Source: Mantamonas sphyraenae STR306
Taxonomy: Eukaryota > Protista > CRuMs
Direction of reading: 5' to 3'
DNA: 64,000 nt
Assembly: GCA_026936335.1 (NCBI GenBank)
Contig: JAPMXV010000043.1
Location: forward strand, 124,001-188,000
Positions within the stretch are counted from its first letter, which is position 1, and every line of letters begins with the position of its first letter. Below, piece by piece: positions 11,870-23,957 of the stretch. The position numbers and the translations under genes are program-made. The notes beneath the pieces were generated by a model that ran no database searches, was not told the DNA's origin, and worked only from the letters and a program-made list of their open reading frames with translations.

Positions 11870-14800
11870 TCACCTGTAGAGGCGTCCCAGGCGCGACAGG
11901 CGGTTGCCTCGTCTGCCAGAAGGGGTGGCCATGTCTTGGACGAGTTGGCGAGTGCGTGCGTCGCGGCTGGCGGCATTGGAGGCATTGGACGCAGCTGCAG
12001 AGGAAGAGGAAGCTCCCGCGGACGCCGAGCCGCGCGGAAGCATGATGGTGCCTCCAGAGGAAGAGCGGTAGGTCTGCGATGTGCGACCACGGTCATCAAC
12101 GGTGCGTGTGGACCGCATGACGGCGTCAAACATGCGGGAGACAAGCTCAAGCTTGCGTGTGACGGTGTACAACTCCTCCTCGAGCTCGTTGTGTCTGTTT
12201 TCTGCATCACGCACCAGTTGCATCTTGCCCTCTTGCGCGTCTTTGGGCGGCGCCTGTTCGTTGAGGTAGCCCATGAGTTCGATGGGGACGGAGTTGAGAA
12301 GAGGCGACGCCTGCTTGAGCTTGAGGCTGGCCTTTTGTTCGCGTTCCAGAATCTGCTGCAAGGACAGCATGATGTTGTTCAGCTTGCGAATATCTCGTTT
12401 GGCCTCTTCGAGCACCTGGTCGCGTGTGGGCATGCGTGCAGTGACGTGTGCGCCTGCGAGGACGTCCGAGGAGGCGCCTGTGCTGTTGCTGCTGCTGCTG
12501 TGCTTGCGAACGCGGATGTCGTCGTCGTCGGCGTCTGTGTCAACACCGTCGAGAGCGCCGTCTGTCTGCGAGCTGGTTGTCTGAGAAAAGGGAAACAAAG
12601 GCGAGATAAGGTGGGGCGTGCCGTCGATGGAGCCATTCTGCTCGCGCACGTTCATCGCGCCCCTGCGCTTGCGCACCTTTTGCATGAGTGCCGAACCCAG
12701 GGCGTACATCATGTTTTTGTCTCGCAGCAGCGTGTACTGGCCATCGACAGCCTTGGCCAGCTTCCGGCGAGCCAAAGCGTACACCACGTCGGAGGTGTTG
12801 TTCATGGTGTCCCAATCGTACTCGAGAGCCTCGGAAATGATGCGCGAGGTGTCCACAGAGGAAGAAGAAGCGGCACGGTCGCCGAAAAGTTGCTTTGCAC
12901 TGAGGATGGGTGCTTTTGGCACGGTGAACGGCGACACGCAAGGCTGACTCGTGTCCAGGCTCATGTTCAGAGGCGCGTGGTACTTGGTCAGGTAGCGCTT
13001 GATCTTTGCATTGTCGCTTGCCAAATCGTGCTTGAGCTGCTTGTGAAAGGCACACAGGGGTGGGTTCTTGCTGCTGGCCATGACCACGCCCGAATAGTCC
13101 TTTTGCTTGCTTCCGGATTTGCCCTTGCTTCCGGCGTCGGTGTTGTGGACCGCCGGCACCATGCAGCCCGTCCAGGTGCAGAAAAACGGATAGCTGCGGC
13201 TGATCTTGCCCTGGCTGACGGTGGTGGATGCGCTGGCCGGCGATGGCGGTGGCGAGGCGCTGCGCGAGCTCGCACGCGACAAGCGGCCAGAACGCGACTT
13301 TTTGCGGCCTTTGGCCGAGGACGAGGCGGAAGAAGACGAGGAGAGGGAGTCTGGGGTGGGTGGCAGGAGTTCAAACTCAACAAGGGTGTCTGGTTTGGGC
13401 GGGAGCATGGCAGGGCGCTGGTTGAGCAGTGACGAGCTCTTGAGATCGGCCATGTGGGAGGCGCTGTAGGTGTAGAGGAGGGTGGTGAAGATGTTTGTGC
13501 GCGGGCTGGCGTGTTGGTCGTCGAGATCGTGGTCGTCGTGGTGCTCGTCGCCTCTCCGGCGCGCATCTGCCCGTTCTTGCTGTAGGGCGTGGGTGCGAGG
13601 TTTGTACAGAGGAGGAATGCGCACGTGGGCGTGCACGTGAAATTGCTTGGTCTGGTCAGAGCGCATGGGCGACAGGGCCATGGCATTCGGCGCCAGCGGG
13701 CTGCGTAGCAGGTACACTGTCATGAGCTCGAGCATCTCCAGGTCGGACAGTGCCACAAGGTGGTACTGCTTCTTTTGGTGGCTGTTTGTGCGGCTGATGT
13801 CGGGTCGCCTCACGGCCACGTACAGATGGCGAAGGCAAGCGGTCACGTCGGACACCTGATAGGTGGCCTCCAGAGTCTCCATGTCGTCTTGGGTGACCAT
13901 GTTGCCATGTTTGTCCAGCACGCCGGCCTCGATGAGGTTTCCCACGTTGGCAGCAGCAAAGTGGAGGGCCTTGGGCGAGGCGAGACACGAGGCAGCCTCG
14001 TCGCTCTCTGGCTCGAATTCGGCCTCCATGTACGACTCGGGGCTCATCTTGCGACCGCCTCCCTTGCTGGTGGCCTGCCGTGTGACGAGCATGCCCGAGT
14101 AGTCGCGGACCTCGCGCACAAACTCTTTCACTTCGCGTTGCAAGGCGTACGTCCGGAACGGGGACAGGTAGCTGGCCGACGACGTCCCTGCACTGCTGTT
14201 GTCGTGCACCCCGCCGCCGCGTGTACTGTTGCCTGCAAGATTGTTGAGCACGCGCTCTTCTTCGCAGTAGTAGATGTGGCCCTGCAGGAGCTCTGGCGAC
14301 AGAACACGTAACCATCCGATGGCCTTGGATGTCATCAGCATCGATGTGGAAAACGCTGGCAGGCGCTGCGCGTGCTCGGGATACCATCGAGCCAGCACAG
14401 AGCTGCGTGCGACTCCTCCATACGCCGTGGCGCTGCTACTGGAGCCAGCACCGTCGTCGTCTTCGTCGTCGTCGTCGTCGTCGTCATCGTCGTCGTCGTC
14501 TTCGTCCTGCTGGCCCTTGGCCGACTTTGTGCTGTTGCGGCGTTGCTTGGACAAGCGCACATCCTGACCCGGGGGCGGCTCCATGTCGTGGGTGAGCAGG
14601 TGGACAATGTCCCTCATGGAGGCGTAGAGCTTGCTCATGCGACGGATGCCACCCTTGCCCGAGGCGCTGCTTTTGCGACCTTGGGCAGCAGAGACGACGT
14701 TGAGGAGTTGGGGCGTAGAGGTGCGGGAGCGGTCGTCAAAGGGGAACTTGACGCGGTAGATGCGCCGCACAAACACGCGGGCGCCGTCTTCCACGTTCTT

Positions 14801-15602
14801 CTTCTTGAGAATGAGGCGTGCGGCCTCTGCAGCGAGCAGGCCAAAGGAGATGTCCACAGCCTGTTCAACTTCGGTAAACACAACCTGGCCCTGCGTGTCG
14901 TCGGTGAGTCTGCTGAGGAAAGCGCGCCACTCGAGATCGTCCACGCTTTCCTCGCACTGCTCCTGGGCCACGCTGTTGACGTGTTCCAGCATCATGTCGG
15001 CCAAACGCGACGTCTTTTCCATCTCCGCCAGGCCTTCCATAAACTTGCGCTTCAGCTTCTTCTCTGTGACGGCAAACGACTTTTGGTTGCGGCCGTTCAG
15101 CACGTTGCTTTCCAACTCGACCTGCGCCACGAGGCCACTGACTTCAAAGTGGAACTTGTGCTGCGCCCGAGCGTGGTGTGAGCCAACATGTGGAAACACT
15201 CTGGGGTGGCACGTCTGCACACGCTTCCTCTCACCTTGCGTCGTTTGAGCTCGCGGATGTTCTGTTTGTGGCGCAGCAACTGAAAGTCGCGCAACGCTCG
15301 CTGGTGCGACAGGTACAGCTGCGCAAATACGGGCTGTGGGTCAGCAGCAAAGCAATCATTGTTTAAAGACGAGGCAACGTGTATTCTGGAGAGTGGGAAA
15401 GCACAGGCAGACTCACCTCGGCCTCCTGGCGCACTGTGTCGAGCTGATGGGCGGCCAGGCTGGTAACCACGCCGAAACGGGTGCCTTCTGGGGCGATGGT
15501 GGGCTCGGTCGACCCGCTTTCGTCCTCACCCTCTGCTTTGCCCAACTTGTCCAGCTCCAGCGAAGCACGCAGCTCGCCAAACACCTGACCAAAGTCGGTC
15601 AT
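11870..15602 (-). CDS. Hypothetical ~1,200-aa protein with a putative CCCH-type zinc motif and C-terminal coiled coil (spliced at the 5' end)
   Basis: Long ORF 11870-15220 plus upstream exons ending at GTGAGT/GTGAGA donors. Contains CTWTGC...PLCAFH, an acidic run and a heptad-rich C-terminus. No family recognised. Confidence 0.6.
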
Positions 15603-18600
15603 CGTTGCCTTGCGCGCTTGCGCGCACTCTTGCGCAACGGCGTCTCCAGGATCACTTCCAGGTTGTCGATGACGTCGTCTGCGCCGTGGCCATTGGAAGC
15701 ACGTGTTGGATATTGGGCGAGGCCGTCGTTGTCGTCATCGTCGTCCTCGCCTTCGTGATCGCTGTCCCAGGCCACGCTGCTGCTGCTGCTGTCGCCTGCG
15801 AGCACGACAACACCCTCTTCGTCGCGAGGCCATCGTCTCCGCTTGCGACTGTTGCTGCTGTTGAGATTGCTGCTGCTACTGGTGGTGTTGGTGGTGGCTG
15901 CGTCGTTGCGGGGTTGTTGGCGCAGACCTTGGCCACGTCGAAACAGCGACGAGTTGGATCGGAACAGGTTGTTGCTTTCACCGGCATCCACCTGACTCGT
16001 CAGAGACAGTTGCGCATTCTGCATGGCCATTTGCTTGGCCAGCTTGCCCTTGTTCTTGCGCGGCGACCGTCTCAGCGGCGCCCCGGCATTGCTGGTCTTG
16101 AGTCGGGGTTGGGCACGCACCACGGGACTGTCTTCAAACTTGAGCTTGCGCGCCGCCACTTGGCTTTGTTCTTTGGCGTCGCGCGGCATGGTGGAGGAGC
16201 CCGCCGTGGCTCCTGGCCCAGGCACGGTGCCATTTGTTCCTGAATTCGTCTCCATGACCGACTGGGGCCGAATTCGCTTCTTTGTGGACTTGGACTTGGT
16301 GGTGGCCGCAGTCGCCTTGGTGGCAGCGCTGCTGCGGTTCGCAGACTCTTTCTTTGAGGAGCCGCCGCGGCGTTTGCCGGTCCTGCCGCCACGGGTGTTT
16401 GCAAGCGGCACGACTTGGCGAAAGAGGTGGCTCTGGTTGTTGAGACCCTTTGTAAAGTGGTTGAGCTCCTGGACGGCAATGCGTCCAAACTTGCCCTTGT
16501 CGCTTGCGCCCTGCTCCGCGGCGTCTGCAGCAGCAGCGCGTTCCACAGCATCCAAGGGGACGGGAGACTCGAGCTTGTCCATCCACGCGTCGATGCGTTG
16601 TTTGGCGCGAAAGGCGCGCGTGTTGTGTGCCGGAGATGCCTTGATGGGAGAGATCTGGGTGAGGTGAGTAGGCACCCGGGCGCCGAAGCGGTGGTAGATC
16701 TCCAGGAGGGACTTTGGGTACTGGTCAGCGTAGTGGGTGGCCAGGGAATCGAGGTAGTGGAGGAAGCCACCTTCGCTGGGGGCCATCAGGATGCTAATGT
16801 TTTCACACAGCTGGACGACGCGCTTGAGGGTGGTGTTGCTCAGCTGCTTGGTGGCAGCTGACGGGGAGCGCGTCGAGGTAGATTGGTCAGCAGACTGTTG
16901 CAAAGAGGTCATTTCAAAGCGCATGGCCACTTGCATGCGTGTTTCGCGCACCTTCATGCTCTCACGGGTGAGTCCTTGCAGGATTGCAGTTTTGCAATAC
17001 TCTTGGAGACGTGTGTGCACCTCGGTGGGCAAACTGTGACCACCGGGCCACAGCTGATCGACCACAGCCTCAAGGCTGATGAAGCAGCTGGTGTATCGTT
17101 GCTGGTAGCGTTGGCTCAGGTCCTTGGGCTTCGTCAGCAGGTTGTTCTTCATCACCATGTCCAGAAACGCATTGTGTCCTGCGTGTGCGTCGTTGCCAGA
17201 TGCGGCGATTTCTTCCACAGCCCACGCCATATCTCGCCAAGCAAAGTGTTCCGGGGCGGTGGTTGGGTCAAGCAGCACGGCCACGTACCTCTCCTTCAGC
17301 TGGGCCATGCAGCGTTCGGGTCTATCCTTTGCGTAGGCGGCTGAAGCAGAGGAGGAGGAAGAGGAAGAGGAAAAGAGGAAGAGGAAGAGGATGAGGAGGA
17401 GGTAGTGCGTGTGTGCTCAACATCCATGGCTGCACTCGCATCGGTGGATGCGGCGGCAATTGCCTGACGTGCGTTTTGCATGGCCTTGGCACGCAAGAAG
17501 CAGTGCTCTCTGTACGAAGCCTCGAGCTCGGTGTGTTGCACGACCTGTTGGGTTTCCAACTGCATGGCCGCCTCAGAGACCGATTGGTTTGCGCTGTCGT
17601 CCAAGACAAGCAGATCGGTGTCGTACGCAGCACCGTGTTCGATCCAGGCCAGCGACGGGTCATGTTGCTGGTATTGCAGCATCCAATCGACCACAGGCGC
17701 CATCGCCTGCCGATGTTTGGGTTGCCAGGGCGTTTCCAGGCCGTCATCGTGGCTTTCGAGGTCGTCGGCCTCGTCCTCCTCGACTTCCGTGCCCAGATCC
17801 AGGCGTGCATCCGTCGAGGCCAGAATGGAATATGTGGCAAACTGATCGACAGGCTGTAGAGCATCCAGAAGAGTTCCGACGTCGCGTGCGAGCTGCTGCG
17901 GAGCTTGCTGGTGCAGCAGTTCGGATTTGTGGGAGGCAGCCCACTGCGTGACGGAGAGGAACTGCTGCGGCTCTTGCTCGTCGTGTTGGGCGTCTTCTGT
18001 GTCCAGGGTGTCCTTAAGTGTGTTCATATGCAAGGAAAGTGGACAGCCGCGACGCAGTGAGCGTGCCACCAATGTAGTTGGCGTGAAGGGTTCGAGCACA
18101 AAGGTGCTGGACGAGGTGTCGACGAGTAGTGCGCGCCACGAAAGCGTCATCCAAGCAACGAGGAGCGTCAACAGAGCAGTTTCGTCATCAGAGGAACCGC
18201 TGAGGACGTAGTGCTGGCCATGTCGTTTGTACCAGGCGGGGACGACGGTGTCGAGGCGCACCGAGGCCACCAAATCCATGTCGAGCGTGTTGGACGAGCT
18301 GTGCGCGTCGTCGTCACCATTTTCGTGGCGAATCTGCTGGCCATCGCTGGCACGGGCTTCAGTGGTGCACCTGTACAGCGGGAGCGCATGCAAAGAAGAC
18401 AAGAGACACACGCCCGGCCCGTCCGCAAACAAGAGCCTGAGGGTGGCAGGCGTGGGCGTTTGTGGATCGAGGGCGTCCGTATCGATGTCTTCGGAGGAAG
18501 CAGTGGCAAGGCCGTGGGTGCGCAGATTGGGCAGGTGCGGAGCGTGAGAATAAATTAGGCTAGCGGTGGTGAGGACCTGTCCGGCGAGCAGGAGGGATTC

Positions 18601-19743
18601 GATGGCCACAAGGCGACTGGGAGCAAACGCGTCGAGGAGTGAGGAGCAGGCTGCAAGTCCAAGCAGGTCTGTGGCATGTGGGATGAGGAGGAGGGAAGAA
18701 CCCGAACTGTGGAGCGTGGTGGTGTTTGCAGATGGGGGGTCGAGCAGTTGGGGTTGAATGATGCGTTGAGCCTGATGGTTGCAATGCCATGTGTCGATCC
18801 AGCACAGTTGTACCTGGTGCTCCTGGAACTGCTGGCCTAGGGATCGCCAGCCGTCCTGGAGTTTTGCGGCGAGGCTGCTCATGGTCTGGTGCTGTTTCAG
18901 TCGTGCAAACTCGGTGCTGCTGTTGGAAGGGGCGGCGTGTTCTGTGTTGCTGGTGTGTGTCCAGCGAAGAAGCTCGGAGAGGGTGCGTGGGGCGGAGGTG
19001 ATCAACAGCAGCTCCCGCGACGAAGGGGACTGCTCCGAGGCCGTTTGGTCGGCTTGGACATCCTGCACAAACACATCCTGCACCCATTGTGCCAGATGGA
19101 GCTGGTCGGACGAAGAGGCAGAGGATGTGAGGCGTGGTCCGGGGTCACTGCGGCTCTGCCAGCGAAAGTCGGTGAGGGCCAGCGTGAGCGAGCGCTTGAC
19201 GCTTTCGCTGTGGTCAACGTCAGCCGCCGACTGAGCACCGGCGGCACGAGTAGAAGAGGTGGCTGAAGAGGCGCTCCGGCGGCCCCCCTGCGAGAGGGAA
19301 AGCTTTGTGACCTGCTCGGAGAGAGTGGTGACGAGGTGGGCTCGGAACTGGGCAAAGTGGGCCATGGTGAAGGGCACAAAACAGTTGGAACTGAGCGCAG
19401 AGGTGCGTGCGGTGCGCTTGGTGCGCCTCGACCGACTTGCTTTGTCTGTGCGGCGTTGGGTGTCCTCTGGGGAGGCCGTGGTGGGCTGCCAGGCATCGGG
19501 CTGGATCTGCAGCTGGCCTGTCGAGCTGGCGGAGTTGCAAAACACAAATGCGAGCTCGACAGCACATCCGTCATCGCTGCGTCGGATGATATCGGCCATG
19601 TAGCGCAAGAGAGCGAGGCTGATGTGTTCGCACACGTACTCGACGGCCTCTCCAACGGTGCTACTTGCGGTGCCCCCCGGCACAAATAGCCTTGGGTTGA
19701 CATCCACGACGAGAGCAACCTGCACTGAGGTTGGGTTGTCCAT
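15599..19743 (-). CDS. TICRR: Treslin/TICRR (Sld3 orthologue), replication initiation factor; reading-frame break near 17372
   Basis: N-terminus VALVVDV...SLALLRYM...LAFVFCNS resembles the Treslin N-terminal domain. Sld3/Treslin domain: LLTKPKDLSQRY...KVRETRMQVAMRFEM...FLHYLDSLATHYADQYPKSLLEIYHRFG. Disordered tail with S/TP sites (FEDSPV, RRSPRK, VILETP). ORFs 17296-19905 and 15599-17308 join across a poly-Ser tract. Confidence 0.8.
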
Positions 19744-19845
19744 TGTTGGCTGTGATGGGACCCCGAGCAACGAACAACGATCGGCGTGTGCGGAATGTCG
19801 ACTGTTGGGCTGTGTCCGAGTGCGCGCGCGGCATTGTGTGTGTAC

Positions 19846-19847
<2 letters not shown>

Positions 19848-19878
<31 letters not shown>
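19848..19878. repeat. (TG)n microsatellite
   Basis: Pure TG dinucleotide run seen directly. Similar short runs at about 41012-41032 (TG) and 37251-37276 (TTGGT). Confidence 0.9.
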
Positions 19879-19879
<1 letters not shown>

Positions 19880-19937
19880 GTGTGCTGTGAAAACTCCCCT
19901 CGCATCGTTCACGGTGGTCGTGGGTGGATGCCTGAGT

Positions 19938-21087
19938 TCACGATGCGCCGGACATGAGGCGGATGATCTCTGTAAAGGCCGCGTCCACGCCCAGGCCGCT
20001 CTTGGAGGAGACATAGAAGCTGCGCATGCCCCAAGCCTTGGCCTGCAGTTCACTATCCGACTCGCTGATGACGTTCCCGCCGACATCGTCGACCTTGGTG
20101 CCTACGAGAACGAGGACAGCTTCGCCGCACGCCCTGCGGTTGGGCACGTTCGCGGAGGGTGTCAGTGTTTGGTGGAGCGCAGTGCACTTGGGCACGGCAT
20201 TGCACGAAGCAGGTTTGCGCACGCACTCTGTTTGCCACACGCCATCCACGTACCGTTTGACTTCGTTGCGCCAGTAGCTGAGTTCGGCAAACGACTTTGA
20301 GTCGGTGGTGTCGTAAACAAGCATGACACCCTGCGGGGAGGCGGGGAACGGGGAAATCAAAGAGATGGGAAGCGAGAGGGGGGATGCCATGGGGGCAGTG
20401 GGAGTGAGTGGGATTGGCCGTGGTTTGTAAACGGAAGGGGGGGGGCCGGTGAGGTTGGAGCCAACGCACATTTGTTTCCGGGTAGAACTGCGGGATGAGC
20501 GACTTGTAGCGCTCCTGTCCTCCACAATCCCAGATTTGGAGGGTTGCCTTGGATTGCATCCTGCAGACATGGACAAAGGGGAGGCGGGAGGTTGTGTGAG
20601 TGAGGGGAAGGCGCTGCGATCTTGCGCCAACGGTCGGAGCACTTACTCGCGCTCGCTATCGTCCTTGGTGGAGGAGGAAGAGGAAGAGGAAGAGGATGAG
20701 GATGAGGAGGAAGAGGATGAGGATGAGGAGGAGGAGGATGAGGTCTGATTCTCGTTTGCCTCTTCCTGCGACTGGCTGGCGGACAACTTGGTTGTGCTGC
20801 CTTCGGTGCTGTCCACGGTCGTCTGGCGGCTGAGCATGTCCGCCCCCATGGTCTGCACATACTTGCTCTGAAATTCGTCTGTGATGTATCTGGGTGTGTG
20901 TGGGGTAGGAGAGAGAGACAGGACAGACACAGAGACTTGTCGTGTCAGTGTGTGTGCAAGGACCCTGAGTCGGGGCGACGCACAAGACTCACCGGTGCAA
21001 CAGGGCCGTCTTGCCACAGCGAGCACTGCCAACAAGCAACAGTTTGAGTTTGAGCTGATGCTCGTCAGACGTTTTGGCCTTGAGCAT
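19938..21087 (-). CDS. Divergent Rab-family GTPase with a poly-Ser insertion and no C-terminal prenylation cysteine
   Basis: Spliced product MLKAK...KLLLVGSARCGKTALLHR|YITDEF...TMGAD...[Ser run]...LQIWDCGGQERYKSL...GVMLVYD...LVGTKVD...VSSKSGLGVDAAFTEIIRLMSGAS*. Confidence 0.8.
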
Positions 21088-21129
21088 GAACGATGTGGAA
21101 CTTTTTGTTTGTTTTGGCGGGTGGACGCT

Positions 21130-22083
21130 TCACTGCGCCGGTGCGGCCGCTTCCGTGGATCCAGGCTCAAAGGTGCGCTTAAGGACAACCTCTGCGTCTG
21201 TGTCCTTGTCACTGGTGGGCGCACGCAGCGATTTGCGCTCACTAAGCACTGTGGGGCGTTCCAGAATCTGCCCACTCTTTGTGGCGACGCGCACTTTGGT
21301 TCCGTCCTCTGTGTATGCGAACCGCACTCGTGTGGGCTCCCTGTATCGCACGAGGATGTGAGTGTACACAACTTCTCGCCTGTGGCGTGCCTGCTGTCCA
21401 CTTACCCGCTCTCTGGGTCCAATAGGGACACCTTGGAGACATGCAGCGGTGCTTCCTTGCGGAAGATGCCGCCCGGACGTCCAGGCTGGCTCTTTACATG
21501 CTTGGACACCTGTGTGTGGAGGTGTGTGATGGAGGGATGTGCCATGTGATGCAACATGACGTAGGTGCGAATGTGTGTCAGCTCGGTGGATGCGTTGCAG
21601 AGATGTGACGAGTCCGTCCTCTGGTTTGGACGGTCGCCGTCCATCCATGGCGCTAGATTGCGTCCTCGGGTTTGTGTGTGTGGTGTGTGTGTGGTGTGTG
21701 TGTGTATGTGTGCTCTGTGCATCGACGCAGCACCCTTTGGGCCTTTGTGTTCGCGTTCACTGTGTGGGTGTCGTGTGATTGCAACCTACCAAGTTGACTC
21801 CGCTGACAATGACCTTGTTGGCTTTGCGGAGCACCTTGACCACCTCGCCCTCGCTGCCTTTGTCCTTGCCCACCATCACACGCACTGTATCACCGCGCAG
21901 GATGCGCCAGTTCTTGAACGGCTTCACAGCCTTGTACTTCTTGCCACGGGTCTGCTGGGCAAGCATGCCTGCGCCTTCGGCAAGGACACTGGACACGCTT
22001 CCCCGCTGCACCAGGCCTGCCACAGACGCACAAACGCCAGTTGCCTGTCCGAGTCCTCCTGCTGTTCGTGCCCGTGCAAACAT
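21130..22083 (-). CDS. MRPL24: Mitochondrial ribosomal protein uL24m
   Basis: Arg/Ala-rich presequence, then [23 protein letters not shown] (KOW), VIVSGVNL|VSKHVK...[20 protein letters not shown]...KVRVATKSG. Confidence 0.92.
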
Positions 22084-22127
22084 TGTGAGAGTGTGGGTCC
22101 CTTCGCGCGTTGGCCAGCACGGCAAGC

Positions 22128-23879
22128 ATGCTTCTCCCACTACCCTTGCCCATCCTTCGATCCTATGCCGCACTCGTGTCCAGCAAGGCCTTCCTGCCTG
22201 TCCTTGTCCTCCTTCTGGGCTCTCTCCTTGGTTCCTACGGCGTTGTCGCTTGGGCTGACGACACAGACCTGGTGCGCTGGTTCATGATGCTCTTTCGGGA
22301 AAACGCCGCGTTCGAGTCCTACTTCCTTGTCCTCCTCGCCCTCCCCACCGCCATCATCATGTACCTCTACGCGCCCTTGGCTGACGTGCCGCAGGGTCTG
22401 CCACTGCAGATGGCCCAGCGTGAGTGGGTCACCGCTCTCCACACGCACCTCCTAACCTTTGGCACCGGCCTGACAGGTGTCTCCTCCTGTGCGTTTCTGT
22501 GCCGTTGCCCACTTTCCCTGCCTGTGTTCCACCCATCTCCACCCACTGTCTCTTTGTCCTCGGCCCCTATCCACCTCGACCGCGCCTGCCCTGCTGACGC
22601 ATTTCGTGCCACGCGGCTTTCCCCGACTCCCCTGCCTGCCTCCACACAGGGCTGTTTTACGCCACCGTCAACTCGCGAGACGAGGGTGCACCCGTCTCTC
22701 TCTCTGTATTCTATGTCGGTATGTCACATGCGTCTGCCTCGAGCATGCGCCCCGGTGTCTGCGCGCTTCCGCCTCTCTGCTTCGTCGCTCACAGCCAACA
22801 CACTCGCCCTGCACCCAGTTTCTGTTTCATTCCTCGCTGCCTCGATGCTTCTGCTGGCCATCTCCCAGCGAGTATTTGATGCACGCCGTCACACGGCCGC
22901 CTGCGTGGCCACCGCGCTTGGGTTTGTCGCCGTCGTCTTTGTCTCGCTCTCTCCCGTCCCTCGCTTTGCCATCGACCTTCCCATGGCTCCCCAATGGTTC
23001 TATATCCTGTCGGTCAACATCACTGCCCTCCTTCTGGCTCTGTGCCCTCCCCCACGTGCCCAGCTCAGCCCACAGGTCCGCTTCCCCACAGAGGTCCTCC
23101 TTCTCATTGCCACGCTGCAGGTGGTCATCCACATGCGCATGTATCCGCACTATGCTCTCATCAACTTTGTCTTTCTGGGGGTTCCGCTGAGCGTTCACGG
23201 CGTGCAAACGCTTCTTTCAGCGGGCGCCTACCTCAGCATCCTGTTTTTTGTCCGCTCTGTCCATCCCAACTTTTTCGGCGGGGCTCGCATGAGCGACAGT
23301 CTTCTGGCCGATCAAACGCGCCAAAGCAAGCGCGTGAAGAACGCTCGTGCCCAGACGCCATCGCCGTCGCAACACGCTTATCGCAAAGTCGTGGGGCACT
23401 CGCACTCGGACATCGCCGGCATGCACACGCGCAGTGGACGCAGCTATAGCGCTGATGAAGACTCCCATTCTGTGGTCGGTGACAGTGTGCTTGAGATCCG
23501 GCCACGTGGCACCTCGGCTTCCTCTGAAGGCAGCGACAGCGACCACGACCAAGAAACATCGAACGGTCTCACGACACACGCATCGTCGTCGTTGTCGTCG
23601 TCCAACAGAAAGGATGCAGACGAGGTGTCCTCTCTTGGATCTGGCTCTGCCATCGGTGAGCTCGACGGGGAACTTCTCTCTCCCTTTGTTACTCAGTCGC
23701 ACTCGCTTGCCTTCCATTCCTCTCTCCAGGATGCAGCTAGGCAGAATTCAGTACTACCAACAACCATTATCTGGGTCCTTGCTGTGGCCATGTACATCTA
23801 CCTCATTGTCGCGCGGCGCGACAAGATCATCAGCATGGCCGCCATCTACGTTACGGGTGACCCGTACGAGTTTGCGTGA
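22128..23879 (+). CDS. Hypothetical multi-pass membrane protein (probably with intron(s) around 22480-22820)
   Basis: Several 20-aa hydrophobic segments, a Ser-rich loop and a terminal TM helix. No family recognised. Confidence 0.6.
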   Translation: MLLPLPLPILRSYAALVSSKAFLPVLVLLLGSLLGSYGVVAWADDTDLVRWFMMLFRENAAFESYFLVLLALPTAIIMYLYAPLADVPQGLPLQMAQREWVTALHTHLLTFGTGLTGVSSCAFLCRCPLSLPVFHPSPPTVSLSSAPIHLDRACPADAFRATRLSPTPLPASTQGCFTPPSTRETRVHPSLSLYSMSVCHMRLPRACAPVSARFRLSASSLTANTLALHPVSVSFLAASMLLLAISQRVFDARRHTAACVATALGFVAVVFVSLSPVPRFAIDLPMAPQWFYILSVNITALLLALCPPPRAQLSPQVRFPTEVLLLIATLQVVIHMRMYPHYALINFVFLGVPLSVHGVQTLLSAGAYLSILFFVRSVHPNFFGGARMSDSLLADQTRQSKRVKNARAQTPSPSQHAYRKVVGHSHSDIAGMHTRSGRSYSADEDSHSVVGDSVLEIRPRGTSASSEGSDSDHDQETSNGLTTHASSSLSSSNRKDADEVSSLGSGSAIGELDGELLSPFVTQSHSLAFHSSLQDAARQNSVLPTTIIWVLAVAMYIYLIVARRDKIISMAAIYVTGDPYEFA

Positions 23880-23957
23880 CGCACTGGGAGCACTGCCGCA
23901 AGACACTGTGAATGAAAGGGGCGTGCATCTCCTGCTTCCATTGTGTGACACTCGCAC

